Positions 9,347-20,217 are shown, counted from the first letter of the stretch. The stretch is DNA of 64,000 nt from an uncultured virus (IMG/VR IMGVR_UViG_3300028569_000012) (IMGVR_UViG_3300028569_000012); one strand, 5' to 3'. Notes: generated by a model from the letters alone, not told the origin. Made by a program: numbers and translations.

Positions 9347-11152
9347 ATGATGGAAGATAAAGAAAAAAACTTAACTATATGGCAGAGGTTGTCCCAAACT
9401 ATGGGACCAAATTCCCTTTTGGGTCAAGACCTACCAACTTACAAATTTGATAAAAAAGAATTACTTCGTACTACCGACAAAGAAGAGTACGAAAAAGAAA
9501 AACTACAAGCTCGTCAATCATATTACTTAACACAACAGTGGGCCAAGATTGAAAATAACTTGTATAGTCAAGCCGTCTATTATGAACCAACCAGATTGTC
9601 TTCATATTATGATTACGAATCTATGGAGTATACCCCAGAAATATCTGCGGCTCTGGATACATATGCCGAGGAATCAACAACTGTAGATGAGAATGGATAT
9701 ATGTTACAAATCTATTCTGACTCAACTCGAGTCAAATCTATTTTGGGTGACCTATTCAATAACTCATTAGACATCAATACCAATCTACCAATGTGGACAA
9801 GAAACACTGCGAAATATGGTGACAATTTTGTGTTTCTAAAATTAGATCCTGAAAAAGGTGTTGTTGGTTGTTTACAACTTCCCAATATCGAGGTTGAACG
9901 TGTTGAGGTTGGTATGAGAGGAAAAGCAACTTCAGGTGCTGCGATGGCTGGTACAGGAGATCAGGCTCAAAGTCTGACTTTTACTTGGAAAAACAAACAA
10001 CTTGAATTTAATTCTTGGGAGATAGCTCACTTCAGATTATTGGGTGACGATAGAAAATTACCATATGGTACATCGATGTTAGAAAAAGCAAGAAGGATTT
10101 GGAAACAATTGATTCTCGGTGAAGATGCGATGTTAGTGTATAGAGTATCAAGGGCACCTGAACGACGTGTGTTTAAGGTTTATGTTGGTAACATGGACGA
10201 TGGTGACATCCAACCTTATGTGCAAAGATTTGCCGCTCAGTTCAAAAAAGATATGGTAACAGATTCGAGTACAGGTAATGTCGATATGAGATTCAACCAA
10301 ATGGCTGTGGATCAAGATTTCTTTATTCCTGTTCGTGATCCATCAGCACCTAACCCAATCGAAACCTTACAAGGTGCACAGAACTTATCGGAAATTGCCG
10401 ACATTGAGTATATTCAGAAAAAATTACTTACAGCACTAAGAATACCCAAAGCGTTTTTAGGCTTTGAAGAGGTTGTTGGTGATGGAAGAAGTTTGTCACT
10501 ACAAGACATTCGTTTTGCCCGTACCATTAATCGGATACAAAAATCTATGGTTGCTGAATTGAATAAAATTGCGATCATTCACTTATTCCTTCTCGGGTTC
10601 GAAGACGAACTTGGATCTTTTCAACTTAGTTTGACTAATCCTTCCAAACAGGCCGATCTATTGACAATAGACGTATGGAAAGAAAAAATGTTACTATACA
10701 AAGATGCGGTTATGCCTATCGAAGGAATTGCACCAGTATCACAGTCTTGGGCTAAGAAACACATTTTAGGATTTTCTGACGAGGAAATCAAACTTGATTT
10801 ACAACAACAACGAGTTGAAAAGGCTGTTGCAACAGAGATTCAAAATACGGCAAATGTTATTACAAGAACTGGTATATTCGATACGGTTGATAAACTGTAC
10901 GGAAATGGTGGTAAGACTGTTACGGGTGAAACAGAGACTACCGACACTGAGTTTGATGCTGGTGGTTTAGCTACTGATGAGGCACCAATACCAGCTGAAG
11001 CTAGTGGTGAGGTCACACCTGAATCAGTAGAGAGGAGAATGAATGTAATTACAGAAAGAGATGATTTTACAACAATAAGTGAAATCGACTTAGAAAAAGG
11101 AAAAAGATTTTTGGGTGAGATTGAGAACGAACTCCGTAAAATCATGGACTAA
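9347..11152 (+). CDS. portal protein (T4 gp20-like)
   Basis: EDAMLVYRVSRAPERRVFKVYVGNM, DFFIPVR, IETLQGAQNL..I.DIEY, ALRIPK, DIRFARTINRIQ. Confidence 0.93.
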   Translation: MMEDKEKNLTIWQRLSQTMGPNSLLGQDLPTYKFDKKELLRTTDKEEYEKEKLQARQSYYLTQQWAKIENNLYSQAVYYEPTRLSSYYDYESMEYTPEISAALDTYAEESTTVDENGYMLQIYSDSTRVKSILGDLFNNSLDINTNLPMWTRNTAKYGDNFVFLKLDPEKGVVGCLQLPNIEVERVEVGMRGKATSGAAMAGTGDQAQSLTFTWKNKQLEFNSWEIAHFRLLGDDRKLPYGTSMLEKARRIWKQLILGEDAMLVYRVSRAPERRVFKVYVGNMDDGDIQPYVQRFAAQFKKDMVTDSSTGNVDMRFNQMAVDQDFFIPVRDPSAPNPIETLQGAQNLSEIADIEYIQKKLLTALRIPKAFLGFEEVVGDGRSLSLQDIRFARTINRIQKSMVAELNKIAIIHLFLLGFEDELGSFQLSLTNPSKQADLLTIDVWKEKMLLYKDAVMPIEGIAPVSQSWAKKHILGFSDEEIKLDLQQQRVEKAVATEIQNTANVITRTGIFDTVDKLYGNGGKTVTGETETTDTEFDAGGLATDEAPIPAEASGEVTPESVERRMNVITERDDFTTISEIDLEKGKRFLGEIENELRKIMD

Positions 11153-11178
11153 TAATATTTATAAAAAAAGACAAACAA

Positions 11179-11883
11179 ATGAGATTCGGAGAAATATTAT
11201 CAAAAATAGAAAAAAAGATGGTTAATTCCTACGTGGATGAACTATTCCAAAAAGAAATGAAAGACTTCAAAAAATACGTTTTGGAGAATAAAAAAATTGG
11301 ATCAGCATTTCACATCTATAATCAATTAAACTCCAAACAGGGTTTGGATAAGGATTTGGCAAACCTTTATGTGAATGAGAGTGTACGTCAATTAGAAAAG
11401 AATTTGGAAAAAACAAATCTTTCGGATATCAAAAAGTGGATAAAAGGAACCGTTTCTGAAAACCATTATGAAGATGTTGATAACTTACTTTACGCGAAAT
11501 CAGATACAATCTTAGAATCCGCATCAAGTAGAAAAAAAATTATCAATAACTTGATGGAAAAAAAACAAGTTTCCGAGACAATCAATTTACCACTTGAGTC
11601 TATTTTTAGAATTGCTGAAAATCAACTTAAAAATTATATTGAAAAGTTGGATGAGGTATCTCAAAAAGATTTGTTGAAAGTTTTAATGACAGAAGACACC
11701 GAATTGTCCAAAGAGTTTACAGACCTAAAATCCAAAACTTTGGAATCCCTATCGAAGATTACTTCAGTTGAGGATGATGTCACAAAGAATAAGTTGACAG
11801 AGACAATCGAACTTATTGAGAAAGAAGAATACTCAAAGGTTAATTATGTAAGACTTTATAGTCTCTACAACAATATTCAGTAG
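11179..11883 (+). CDS. hypothetical protein (head module)
   Basis: 234 aa helical ORF; TATTTATA at 11156-11163. Confidence 0.75.
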   Translation: MRFGEILSKIEKKMVNSYVDELFQKEMKDFKKYVLENKKIGSAFHIYNQLNSKQGLDKDLANLYVNESVRQLEKNLEKTNLSDIKKWIKGTVSENHYEDVDNLLYAKSDTILESASSRKKIINNLMEKKQVSETINLPLESIFRIAENQLKNYIEKLDEVSQKDLLKVLMTEDTELSKEFTDLKSKTLESLSKITSVEDDVTKNKLTETIELIEKEEYSKVNYVRLYSLYNNIQ

Positions 11884-12068
11884 GTTTCCCGATCTTTTTT
11901 ACCCTGTAGGTACACGGCGTTCTTTATTTCGTTACGTCGTCTTACAGACTTCTTTTCGTAGTATTGACGATCTCGTAAATATGTTAACTGTTTGGTACGA
12001 ATCACCTTTCCTTTGAGCACTTTAAGTGCTTTTTCAATATTATTATTCTGAACAGGGATTACAAGCAT
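11877..12068 (-). CDS. rpsU: ribosomal protein bS21
   Basis: MLVIPVQNNNIEKALKVLKGKVIRTKQLTYLRDRQYYEKKSVRRR matches the S21 pattern IE.ALK..K.K......LR.R.YYEK.S..RR; ATG at 12068. Confidence 0.9.
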   Translation of the reverse strand: MLVIPVQNNNIEKALKVLKGKVIRTKQLTYLRDRQYYEKKSVRRRNEIKNAVYLQGKKDRETY

Positions 12069-12072
12069 ATCA

Positions 12073-12080
12073 TATAAATA
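12073..12080 (-). promoter_or_regulatory. TATTTATA motif upstream of bS21
   Basis: TATAAATA on + strand, 4 nt before the minus-strand ATG. Confidence 0.55.
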
Positions 12081-12166
12081 ATCAGATGTTGATAAAAATT
12101 TGACCAATACCAATATTGTTAGTATATTTTCAATATCAATAAACGATTTGTACGAAAATATTATAT

Positions 12167-12607
12167 ATGAAAAAAGGTAAAACCTCACGTTTAGTAGGAT
12201 TTCCTGACGCTAAAATGAACTTTGGAACAGTTGATTCCAAAAACTTAAAGTCAATTTACTTAAACATTCAAAGTTGGGTTACTCCCAAGTATAAATACGA
12301 TGATGTAGAACGTGTGGTTTCTACATTCGGAAAATCCATAAAAAATTCTATTTATGACTCCATAGATAATACAATGTTCAAAGAACAAAATATTGTCGAT
12401 TTGGACCTCAGAACAAGTGGTATACTATACGGAAAGAAAAGCTTTATGAACTTAGAGATTACCCTTTTCTTCAATACCGTAATGGACTTTAAAGATCCCA
12501 AACTAAGACTAGCACTCAAGAGAATAGCAAAGAAAATCTACATCAGTAGTTTTAAAAAATCTGTTTATTTTGACTTTACCCTATCAAAAAAGGTAAAAGA
12601 ACTATAA
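12167..12607 (+). CDS. hypothetical protein
   Basis: 146 aa basic ORF divergent from bS21. Confidence 0.75.
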   Translation: MKKGKTSRLVGFPDAKMNFGTVDSKNLKSIYLNIQSWVTPKYKYDDVERVVSTFGKSIKNSIYDSIDNTMFKEQNIVDLDLRTSGILYGKKSFMNLEITLFFNTVMDFKDPKLRLALKRIAKKIYISSFKKSVYFDFTLSKKVKEL

Positions 12608-12634
12608 CAGTATATTTATTATTTAAATAATAAT

Positions 12635-13366
12635 ATGAGAATTTTAGGTCCGAGTGAAATCGGTAAAGGAATTTTAGTGGAAATGGATGCGGGACATATC
12701 TCTCCCACCCACGAACTCAACAGATCCATTATCGAAGAATCGAATAAAAATATTATGGATTACTCAAAACCTTTTGAGTTCTTCGCTGTACTTCAGAAAT
12801 ACAATACACCAAATAGAAATGGTCGTACCTATCCTGAGAGAATCCTCAAGCGTGAGGCGGTAAACTATAAAAAGTTAATCGACAAAGGTGTCGCCCTATC
12901 GGAGCTAAACCACCCTGAATCATCCCTGATAGATCTCGATAGGGTGTCACACTCGATCACCGATATATGGTGGGATGGAAATATCCTAATGGGTAAACTA
13001 AAACTTCTGACATCACCAGGGTTCCACGAAAGAGGTGTGGTGTCTACAAAAGGTGACCAAGCAGCCAACCTTCTTAGACAAGGAGTCACCCTCGGTATCT
13101 CATCCCGTGGTGTTGGAACACTAAAGAAGGTCGGTGAACAAAATGAGGTACAAGATGACTTCGAACTTATCTGTTTTGATTTGGTGTCCTCACCATCTAC
13201 ACCAGGAGCATACCTATTTACCGATGTGAAAGAGAGAAACAATTTCGAAGAAAACTTAGAAGAAGAAAAGATCGATAGATTGTCATCTACATCAGCATCC
13301 ACAGGAAAAGGTATGAATCGATCTATTGACTTGTTGAATAAATTGAACCATTATTTAACCAAATAA
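12635..13366 (+). CDS. prohead core protease (T4 gp21-like)
   Basis: NRNGRTYP, ELNHP, RVSH, LGISSRGVG, FELICFDLVSSPSTPGA. Confidence 0.93.
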   Translation: MRILGPSEIGKGILVEMDAGHISPTHELNRSIIEESNKNIMDYSKPFEFFAVLQKYNTPNRNGRTYPERILKREAVNYKKLIDKGVALSELNHPESSLIDLDRVSHSITDIWWDGNILMGKLKLLTSPGFHERGVVSTKGDQAANLLRQGVTLGISSRGVGTLKKVGEQNEVQDDFELICFDLVSSPSTPGAYLFTDVKERNNFEENLEEEKIDRLSSTSASTGKGMNRSIDLLNKLNHYLTK

Positions 13367-13382
13367 ATAAAACAACAAAACC

Positions 13383-13595
13383 ATGGACGAAAAATATTTT
13401 GTAGCAAAGATCACCTATGATCTACCTGATGAAAACACTGGTAGAATAAAAAAAATCAGAGAAGAAAAACTCGTAAGAGGATATTCCGTCACTGATGTCG
13501 AGTCTAAAGTAACGGGTAAATACCAAGGGTTCCAACACGATTGGAGAATCACGTCGGTATCTGAAAGTAAGATCGATGAGGTTGTAGAAAAATAG
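13383..13595 (+). CDS. hypothetical protein
   Basis: 70 aa ORF between protease and scaffold. Confidence 0.7.
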   Translation: MDEKYFVAKITYDLPDENTGRIKKIREEKLVRGYSVTDVESKVTGKYQGFQHDWRITSVSESKIDEVVEK

Positions 13596-13617
13596 CTTTT
13601 ACATCTTTATAACAATT

Positions 13618-13650
13618 ATCCTCCTACGAAAGTTGGGGGATTTTTTATTT
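13618..13650 (+). terminator. putative intrinsic terminator
   Basis: ATCCTCCTAC-GAAA-GTTGGGGGAT hairpin followed by a T run. Confidence 0.65.
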
Positions 13651-13730
13651 TAATTTACTTGTAATATATGAAATAGTGAATTTTTTATAATATGGATATA
13701 TTTATATGGTAAATTATTCACAATTTAATT

Positions 13731-15332
13731 ATGGCAGACAACAAGTCATTAGTCGAAGAAGCACTACTCCAAATGAAAAATTTGGAACAAGTAGTGACTG
13801 AAAATGCAAAAGGAATACTAGCTTCTACAATGAAGCAAGAAATCTCTGAACTAGTAAAAGAGTCTCTTAAGGAGGCTGAGCACGATGAAGAAATGGATAT
13901 GACCGAAATGGACGAGCAAGATGCTGAGGACATTATGGGACTTGATATGGATTCAGAGGAAGAATCCGATGAGGATAGTGAAATGGATATGGATTCCGAT
14001 GAGGATGAAATTGAATTGGATCTTGACTTTGAGGACGATGAACTACCAATCGATCTTACAGGATCATCTGACGAGGAAATCTTAAAGATTTTCAAAGCTA
14101 TGAGTGATGAGGACGGAATTATTGTCAAACAAGACGATGATCAAGTCCATGTCAAGGATGAAAACGAAGATGTCGAATATATCATTCAATTGGAAGGTGA
14201 AGTAGAGGAATACTCTATGACCGACGAGATGGAAGAGCAATTGGACATGGACGTTGAAGTTTCAGATGACGAAATTTCTGACGAAGAATTGGATCAAATG
14301 ATTGCTGACATTTTCAGTCAATCAGAAATGTCCGAGGATGAAGATACAGAAGAAATGGAAGAAGAAGAAGATGAAATAGTTTATGAGATCGAAATGGACG
14401 AAGACGAAGACATGGAAGACAGTGAAATGGAAGACATGGAAGACTCAGATGTTAACGAAACAAAGATGATGATCAAACCAATAATGGGTAACCTAAAAAA
14501 CAGTAAACTAACTACTAAGGCTGAAACTAAGGAGGGAGCAATCGAACCAAAGGGAAGAGCTAAAGGAATGGGTATGAATCTGTCACCAAAAAAATTCGAA
14601 TTTACTGAAGAAGAAATGGAAGAAATTGCTAAGACCACCAAAGGTTCTAGTTCTAAGAAAGATTTCGGATCAGGTAAGGACGAATACAGACGTAAGACTG
14701 TAGGTGGTGTCAAGAAAAAAGCTGGTGAAGGAAAAGACGGACACTTTAAAGACTACGAAGGAAAATTCGGTGGTAATAAAGGTGATAAGTCTAAAACTAA
14801 TATGGGTAAGATGGATTACGAAAAGTCTGAAGCTACTGAAGCTGCAAGAACTTACGGATTCGGATCTAAGGATGGTCGCGGTTTGAGAAAAGGAGTTTCT
14901 AACAATAGAAACTACGATTACACAAAAGGTGCTGCTAACGTTAACGAAGAAGTTCAACGATTGAGAGTAAAAAACGAAGAATACCGTAAGGCTCTTAACG
15001 TGTTCAGAGAAAAATTGAATGAAGTTGCTGTTTTCAATTCAAACTTAGCTTATGCTACGAGATTGTTTACAGAACATACAACTACCAAACAAGAGAAAAT
15101 TAATGTTCTAAGAAGGTTCGACAATGTCGAGAACTTAAAAGAATCAAAAGGTCTATACAATTCTATCAAGAATGAACTAAATAACACGACTCAAAATGTT
15201 GTGACTGAATCAGTTGGTAAGATTGAAAAATCACCGGCTTCAGGTTCAGCTCAAAACCTTATTGAGTCAAAAACGTATGAAAATCCCCAATTCTTAAGAA
15301 TGAAGGATATTATGCAAAAAATAACAAAATAA
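13731..15332 (+). CDS. prohead core scaffold protein (gp22-like position)
   Basis: Lies between protease and capsid genes; very acidic N-half, coiled-coil C-terminus; TATTTATA at 13699-13706. Confidence 0.75.
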   Translation: MADNKSLVEEALLQMKNLEQVVTENAKGILASTMKQEISELVKESLKEAEHDEEMDMTEMDEQDAEDIMGLDMDSEEESDEDSEMDMDSDEDEIELDLDFEDDELPIDLTGSSDEEILKIFKAMSDEDGIIVKQDDDQVHVKDENEDVEYIIQLEGEVEEYSMTDEMEEQLDMDVEVSDDEISDEELDQMIADIFSQSEMSEDEDTEEMEEEEDEIVYEIEMDEDEDMEDSEMEDMEDSDVNETKMMIKPIMGNLKNSKLTTKAETKEGAIEPKGRAKGMGMNLSPKKFEFTEEEMEEIAKTTKGSSSKKDFGSGKDEYRRKTVGGVKKKAGEGKDGHFKDYEGKFGGNKGDKSKTNMGKMDYEKSEATEAARTYGFGSKDGRGLRKGVSNNRNYDYTKGAANVNEEVQRLRVKNEEYRKALNVFREKLNEVAVFNSNLAYATRLFTEHTTTKQEKINVLRRFDNVENLKESKGLYNSIKNELNNTTQNVVTESVGKIEKSPASGSAQNLIESKTYENPQFLRMKDIMQKITK

Positions 15333-15353
15333 AAATTTAAAAAAAATTATAAA

Positions 15354-17204
15354 ATGGGTGCATTATTAGAAAGTGGTCTTGTTGGTAATATCGGAATGAA
15401 ACATCTGAAAGTTATCAAAGAAGACACAATCAACAAATGGGACAAATTGGGATTCCTTGAGGGTCTTAATGGTCACTTAAAAGAAAACATCGCTCAGTTG
15501 TATGAAAACCAAGCTTCACACTTAATCAATGAAGCTTCTTCAACATCTGACTCAGGTTCATTCGAAACTGTTGTTTTCCCAATCGTTAGAAGAGTATTCT
15601 CTAAACTTCTCGCTAACGATATCGTATCTGTACAAGCTATGAACCTACCTATCGGTAAGTTGTTCTACTTCGTACCTAAAATCCAAGGTTACTCAGGTGG
15701 TACTGAAAACCAATTCAGTGGTAACCACTACCCACCTGTAGGTGCTCCTGGTTATGCAACTGCTAACAACCAAGGTAATCCTAACGCAGGTTACACTGAA
15801 GTTCCCGCAGGTGCTGCTGGTTACAACGATATCTTCACTAAGGACTTGTATGACTTGTTCTACGAAGGTAACGAAGCTGGTTTGAATCCTCCAGGGTTGT
15901 TCGATTACTCAAAAGGTAAGTGGTCAGCTATCACAGCTACAACTAACACTGTAGTATGGGATAATAGCGTATTGATTCCTTCAGGTTATCCTCAGAGTAA
16001 CTACAGAAAGGTTCTTATCGAAATGAGTGGTTTCTATTCAAACGGAGCTGGTCAATTGATCGGACCCAATGGTAACACTATGGATACAGAGGAATTCCTT
16101 TCAGGATTAATTATCCTACCAACAACCGCAACTTCAAACCAAGCTGGTTGGGACTTGGGAACTGGTCCAATTTTATTCAACGTAGTAACTCAAAGATACG
16201 GTAAAGGTATCGTAGAATATGGTCAAAATGCTCAAACAGTATGGCCAACTACGGGATCAGGTGGTCAATATAACGACATCTGTACCGCTAACGGTAAAAT
16301 CTACTTACAACTCGACTTACAAACTCCCGTTTGTGTTGATTGTGGTCAGACATCACCTGATGGTTACACGGGTACTACATTCTCAGCTTCCTCAGCTAAC
16401 ACTGCGGCGTTCGTTGCAATCTACAGAATGTACAAAGAACTCGAATTCGAAGATCAAATCGGTGAAGTTTCTTTTGACCTTGAGTCAGTAACAGTTTCTG
16501 TTACAGAAAGAAAACTTAGAGCACAATGGTCTCCTGAATTGGCACAAGACGTTGCAGCATTCCACAATATCGACGCAGAAGCTGAATTGACAGCTTTGTT
16601 GTCTGAGCAAGTGGCTGCTGAGATCGATCGTGAAATCTTAAGAGACTTGAGAAAAGGTGCGGCTTGGGATCTTCGTTGGGACTACAACGGATGGAAGAGA
16701 CTTTCTTCATCTGGTACAACTCCTTACACACAGAAGGACTGGAACCAAACGTTGATCACAGCAATCAACCAACTTTCAGCTCAAATTCACAAATCAACTC
16801 TTAGAGGTGGTGCTAACTGGATCGTTGTATCTTCTGAAGTATCAGCTATCTTTGACGACTTGGAGTACTTCCACGTATCTAACGCTTCACCAGAGCAAGA
16901 TCAGTACAACATGGGTATCGAAAGAGTTGGAACATTAGCTGGTAGATATCAAGTTTACCGTGACCCTTACTTCCCACCCAACCAGGTGTTGATCGGTCAC
17001 AAAGGAACTAGCTTGTTAGACACAGGTTATATCTACGCTCCTTATGTACCTCTTCAGTTGACTCCGACAATGTACAATCCATTCAACTTTACTCCTATCA
17101 AGGGTATTATGACACGTTACGCTAAGAAAATGGTTAATAACCGTTTCTACGGACGTATCACAGTTGACGGTGTTAGAACATTCGACATCAATTCTTTGAG
17201 ATAA
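15354..17204 (+). CDS. major capsid protein (T4 gp23-like)
   Basis: PIVRRVF, VSVQAM, RKLRAQWSPELAQD, EIDREI, YAPYVPL, KGIMTRYA. Confidence 0.96.
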   Translation: MGALLESGLVGNIGMKHLKVIKEDTINKWDKLGFLEGLNGHLKENIAQLYENQASHLINEASSTSDSGSFETVVFPIVRRVFSKLLANDIVSVQAMNLPIGKLFYFVPKIQGYSGGTENQFSGNHYPPVGAPGYATANNQGNPNAGYTEVPAGAAGYNDIFTKDLYDLFYEGNEAGLNPPGLFDYSKGKWSAITATTNTVVWDNSVLIPSGYPQSNYRKVLIEMSGFYSNGAGQLIGPNGNTMDTEEFLSGLIILPTTATSNQAGWDLGTGPILFNVVTQRYGKGIVEYGQNAQTVWPTTGSGGQYNDICTANGKIYLQLDLQTPVCVDCGQTSPDGYTGTTFSASSANTAAFVAIYRMYKELEFEDQIGEVSFDLESVTVSVTERKLRAQWSPELAQDVAAFHNIDAEAELTALLSEQVAAEIDREILRDLRKGAAWDLRWDYNGWKRLSSSGTTPYTQKDWNQTLITAINQLSAQIHKSTLRGGANWIVVSSEVSAIFDDLEYFHVSNASPEQDQYNMGIERVGTLAGRYQVYRDPYFPPNQVLIGHKGTSLLDTGYIYAPYVPLQLTPTMYNPFNFTPIKGIMTRYAKKMVNNRFYGRITVDGVRTFDINSLR

Positions 17205-17222
17205 TATTATATATATTGTGAG

Positions 17223-17250
17223 AAAGGGAGGAGAAATCCTCCCTTTTTTT
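17223..17250 (+). terminator. intrinsic terminator after capsid gene
   Basis: Perfect AAAGGGAGGA-GAAA-TCCTCCCTTT hairpin plus T run. Confidence 0.85.
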
Positions 17251-17284
17251 ATTTAAAAGATATTTATTGTAATAATATAGAATA

Positions 17285-18796
17285 ATGTCAAGTTGCGTTT
17301 GTAGAAGAGTCGATATCAAAAATCTTATGCCGTCAAGAACTCTTGTGATTAACTTCACAAAATGTTCAGACTCCCAACTTATTTCAAATTATGATATACC
17401 ACCTTTGGCTTCGAGAGAAATATGGTTTGTTGTTGGATCTTTTAGTACTGCCAACGCGCCACAAGATTATGAATTTGTAGAAATTACCCCATGGCCACAA
17501 GGATGTGATATTACACCAACACCTTCGGTGACTCCAACAATTACACCAACAACTACTATAACACCAACTGTTTCTCCATCATCGACATCTACACCAACGC
17601 CAACGCCCACAATTTCAGAAACTACAACATCAACTCCAACACCTACAGGAACAAGTACACCTACACCGACAATTTCGGAAACAGCAACATCTACACCAAC
17701 ACCAACTCACACTCCTGGTGTTTCACCATCAACTACATCAACACCAACACCGACTTTATCATCGACATCTACACCAACGCCAACTCCAACAATTTCGGAA
17801 ACGGCCACATCAACACCAACGCCAACTCAAACTCAAACTCCTGGTGCATCACCGTCAGGTTCTCCAACTCCTACTCCAACAGTTTCGGAAACTGCAACAT
17901 CAACTCCAACATCAACTCCAACATCAACGCCAACAATTTCGGAAACGGCAACATCAACTCCAACTCCGACACCAACTGAAACTCATGGCGCATCACCATC
18001 AGGTTCTCCAACACCAACGCCAACAATTTCGGAAACGGCCACATTGACTCCAACGCCTACGGTTTCAGAGACATCTACACCAACGCCAACTCCAACAATT
18101 TCAGAAACGGCCACATCAACACCAACGCCAACTCAAACTCAAACTCCCGGTGCATCACCATCAGGTTCTCCAACTCCTACTCCAACAGTTTCGGAAACTG
18201 CAACATCAACACCAACTCCTACGGTTTCAGATACATCAACCCCAACGCCTACTCCAACAATTTCGGAAACGGCAACATCAACACCAACGCCTACGGTTTC
18301 AGATACATCTACACCAACGCCAACTCCGACAATTTCGGAAACGGCGACATTGACTCCAACACCTACGGTTTCAGAGACATCTACACCAACGCCAACTCCA
18401 ACAATTTCAGAAACGGCCACATCAACACCAACGCCAACTCAAACTCAAACTCCCGGTGCATCACCATCAGGTTCTCCAACTCCTACTCCAACAGTTTCGG
18501 AAACTGCAACATCAACACCAACTCCTACGGTTTCAGATACACCAACCCCCACACCAACTAACACACCCACACCAAGTGTAACTAGTACACCAACACCTAC
18601 TGAAAGTCCAACTAATACTCCGACACCTGAACCTACAACAACTCCAACAAACACCGAGACTCCAACTAATACTCCAACACCTACGGTGACATCTACTGTG
18701 ACATCTACTGTGACATCTACCGTGACACCGACATTAACACAAACTCCAACACAAACATCGGCACCTTCTTGTGATATAATAATTAACGTAACATAA
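17285..18796 (+). CDS. mucin-like Pro/Thr/Ser-repeat protein, probably virion-associated
   Basis: Short Cys-containing N-domain followed by about 420 aa of [16 protein letters not shown] repeats; directly after the capsid gene. Confidence 0.75.
   Translation: MSSCVCRRVDIKNLMPSRTLVINFTKCSDSQLISNYDIPPLASREIWFVVGSFSTANAPQDYEFVEITPWPQGCDITPTPSVTPTITPTTTITPTVSPSSTSTPTPTPTISETTTSTPTPTGTSTPTPTISETATSTPTPTHTPGVSPSTTSTPTPTLSSTSTPTPTPTISETATSTPTPTQTQTPGASPSGSPTPTPTVSETATSTPTSTPTSTPTISETATSTPTPTPTETHGASPSGSPTPTPTISETATLTPTPTVSETSTPTPTPTISETATSTPTPTQTQTPGASPSGSPTPTPTVSETATSTPTPTVSDTSTPTPTPTISETATSTPTPTVSDTSTPTPTPTISETATLTPTPTVSETSTPTPTPTISETATSTPTPTQTQTPGASPSGSPTPTPTVSETATSTPTPTVSDTPTPTPTNTPTPSVTSTPTPTESPTNTPTPEPTTTPTNTETPTNTPTPTVTSTVTSTVTSTVTPTLTQTPTQTSAPSCDIIINVT
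17510..18760 (+). repeat. PT/TS coding repeats with an internal duplication (18041-18234 ~ 18347-18540)
   Basis: Near-identical ~194-nt blocks 306 nt apart. Confidence 0.85.
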
Positions 18797-18807
18797 TAAT
18801 ATAAAAA

Positions 18808-20217
18808 ATGGCATTAAATATAACGATATTAGAAGTAAGTGGTAATGTAGTAGTAACCGCCAGTGGTTCAATAAATTTATCAGGTTTAACTTTCGTTGCA
18901 CTAACTGGTGGCGGCTCTGCATTTGTAAATCCATCGGCAGCGGTGATTGTATCATCGGCGGTTGGATTTGATATGGACTCTTATGGTGGAAATTCAACAA
19001 TCTCAAATTTGGGTAGTGGAGGATTTACCAGTGCAAGTTCATATAGTGGAAATGACTTTGGTATAGCAGGGGCAGGAAATGAAATTTATGTTAGACAAGG
19101 TTATGTTTCAAACACACCTATCAATGGAACCATAACATTTAATGGAACCAACTTTACAACTATGGGATTTACCCAAGGAACTTACACTTCAAGTTGGGCA
19201 TCCGATTCAGTAACAATTCAAGTAGGTTTGCCACCATCACCAACACCAACAAATACTCAAACGCCAACTGTAACACCTACCAACACACCAACGCCAACAT
19301 CAACACCACAACCAAATTCAATTGAAATTACATCAGTAAATTATGTTGGACAAATTGCGGATATTACATATACTCCTTGTTCAGGAGGAACAATTTCCTT
19401 GGGGTCTCACGTAATTCCATATACATTCCAATCGTTTAATTATACAGGACAATATTCTTTATACTTTTCAGCATTCAATAGCACCTGTAGCTATGAAATT
19501 ACTTGTCCAACGCCTACTCCAACAATTTCGGAAACGGCAACATCAACACCAACGCCTACTCCATCAGTAACTCAGACTCAAAGCCCTAGTGTATCACCTT
19601 CGTCAACTCCAACAAACACTCCAACACCTAGCGGAGGTGGTAATTTGGAAGTTTACTTATTTATTGATACAGATGCTGTTATACCGAGAAATGCATTGGT
19701 AACATATATGGAAACACAACCTAACGTAGGTACGTTTAGAGGATTTAATATTGGTAGTTTATCAACATCGCAGGTTCAATTCAATGACCAAATAAATGCG
19801 TACGTCAAATACAGTGGATGGGGTCCATCTGAACCATCTATTGTCGTGGCAGATGTTTCATCTACAAGTGGTGGTGTAGACTCATTCGGTAATTCGATCA
19901 TAGCGTATACATTCCAAACTGTGGAAGTATTAGATACAGTGGTACCAAGTGGTACTTTTGCTTGGTACACATGGATAGTTCCAACTGATGCCACAAACAA
20001 TCAGAAATATTCCACAATCAAACAAGGTACCGCTGCGGGATCTATGACTGAAAAAACAATGAACAGCATTTATTACAATCTAACATTTGAATACAGTGGT
20101 GGCACCAATATCCCAAATGGAACTTATAGGGTATACACTACAAAAACTGATACAACCTTTAGGATTGATAATGCGGGACAAGATTTGTACTTCCAAGGAG
20201 GTACACTCATCCCATAA
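18808..20217 (+). CDS. multi-domain surface/virion protein with PT linkers
   Basis: Three beta-rich domains joined by PT linkers. Confidence 0.75.
   Translation: MALNITILEVSGNVVVTASGSINLSGLTFVALTGGGSAFVNPSAAVIVSSAVGFDMDSYGGNSTISNLGSGGFTSASSYSGNDFGIAGAGNEIYVRQGYVSNTPINGTITFNGTNFTTMGFTQGTYTSSWASDSVTIQVGLPPSPTPTNTQTPTVTPTNTPTPTSTPQPNSIEITSVNYVGQIADITYTPCSGGTISLGSHVIPYTFQSFNYTGQYSLYFSAFNSTCSYEITCPTPTPTISETATSTPTPTPSVTQTQSPSVSPSSTPTNTPTPSGGGNLEVYLFIDTDAVIPRNALVTYMETQPNVGTFRGFNIGSLSTSQVQFNDQINAYVKYSGWGPSEPSIVVADVSSTSGGVDSFGNSIIAYTFQTVEVLDTVVPSGTFAWYTWIVPTDATNNQKYSTIKQGTAAGSMTEKTMNSIYYNLTFEYSGGTNIPNGTYRVYTTKTDTTFRIDNAGQDLYFQGGTLIP

Noticed and set aside
12069..12188. 40-aa N-terminal extension of bS21 in the ORF track
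   Set aside because: S21 similarity begins at ATG 12068; the extension covers promoter-like DNA and overlaps the divergent gene
7545..17204. Introns, inteins or homing endonucleases in head genes
   Set aside because: ORFs are uninterrupted and of ordinary size; no intein or endonuclease motifs seen
17718..18654. Gln/His-rich and Val/Gly-rich alternative-frame ORFs
   Set aside because: Shadows of the PT repeat gene
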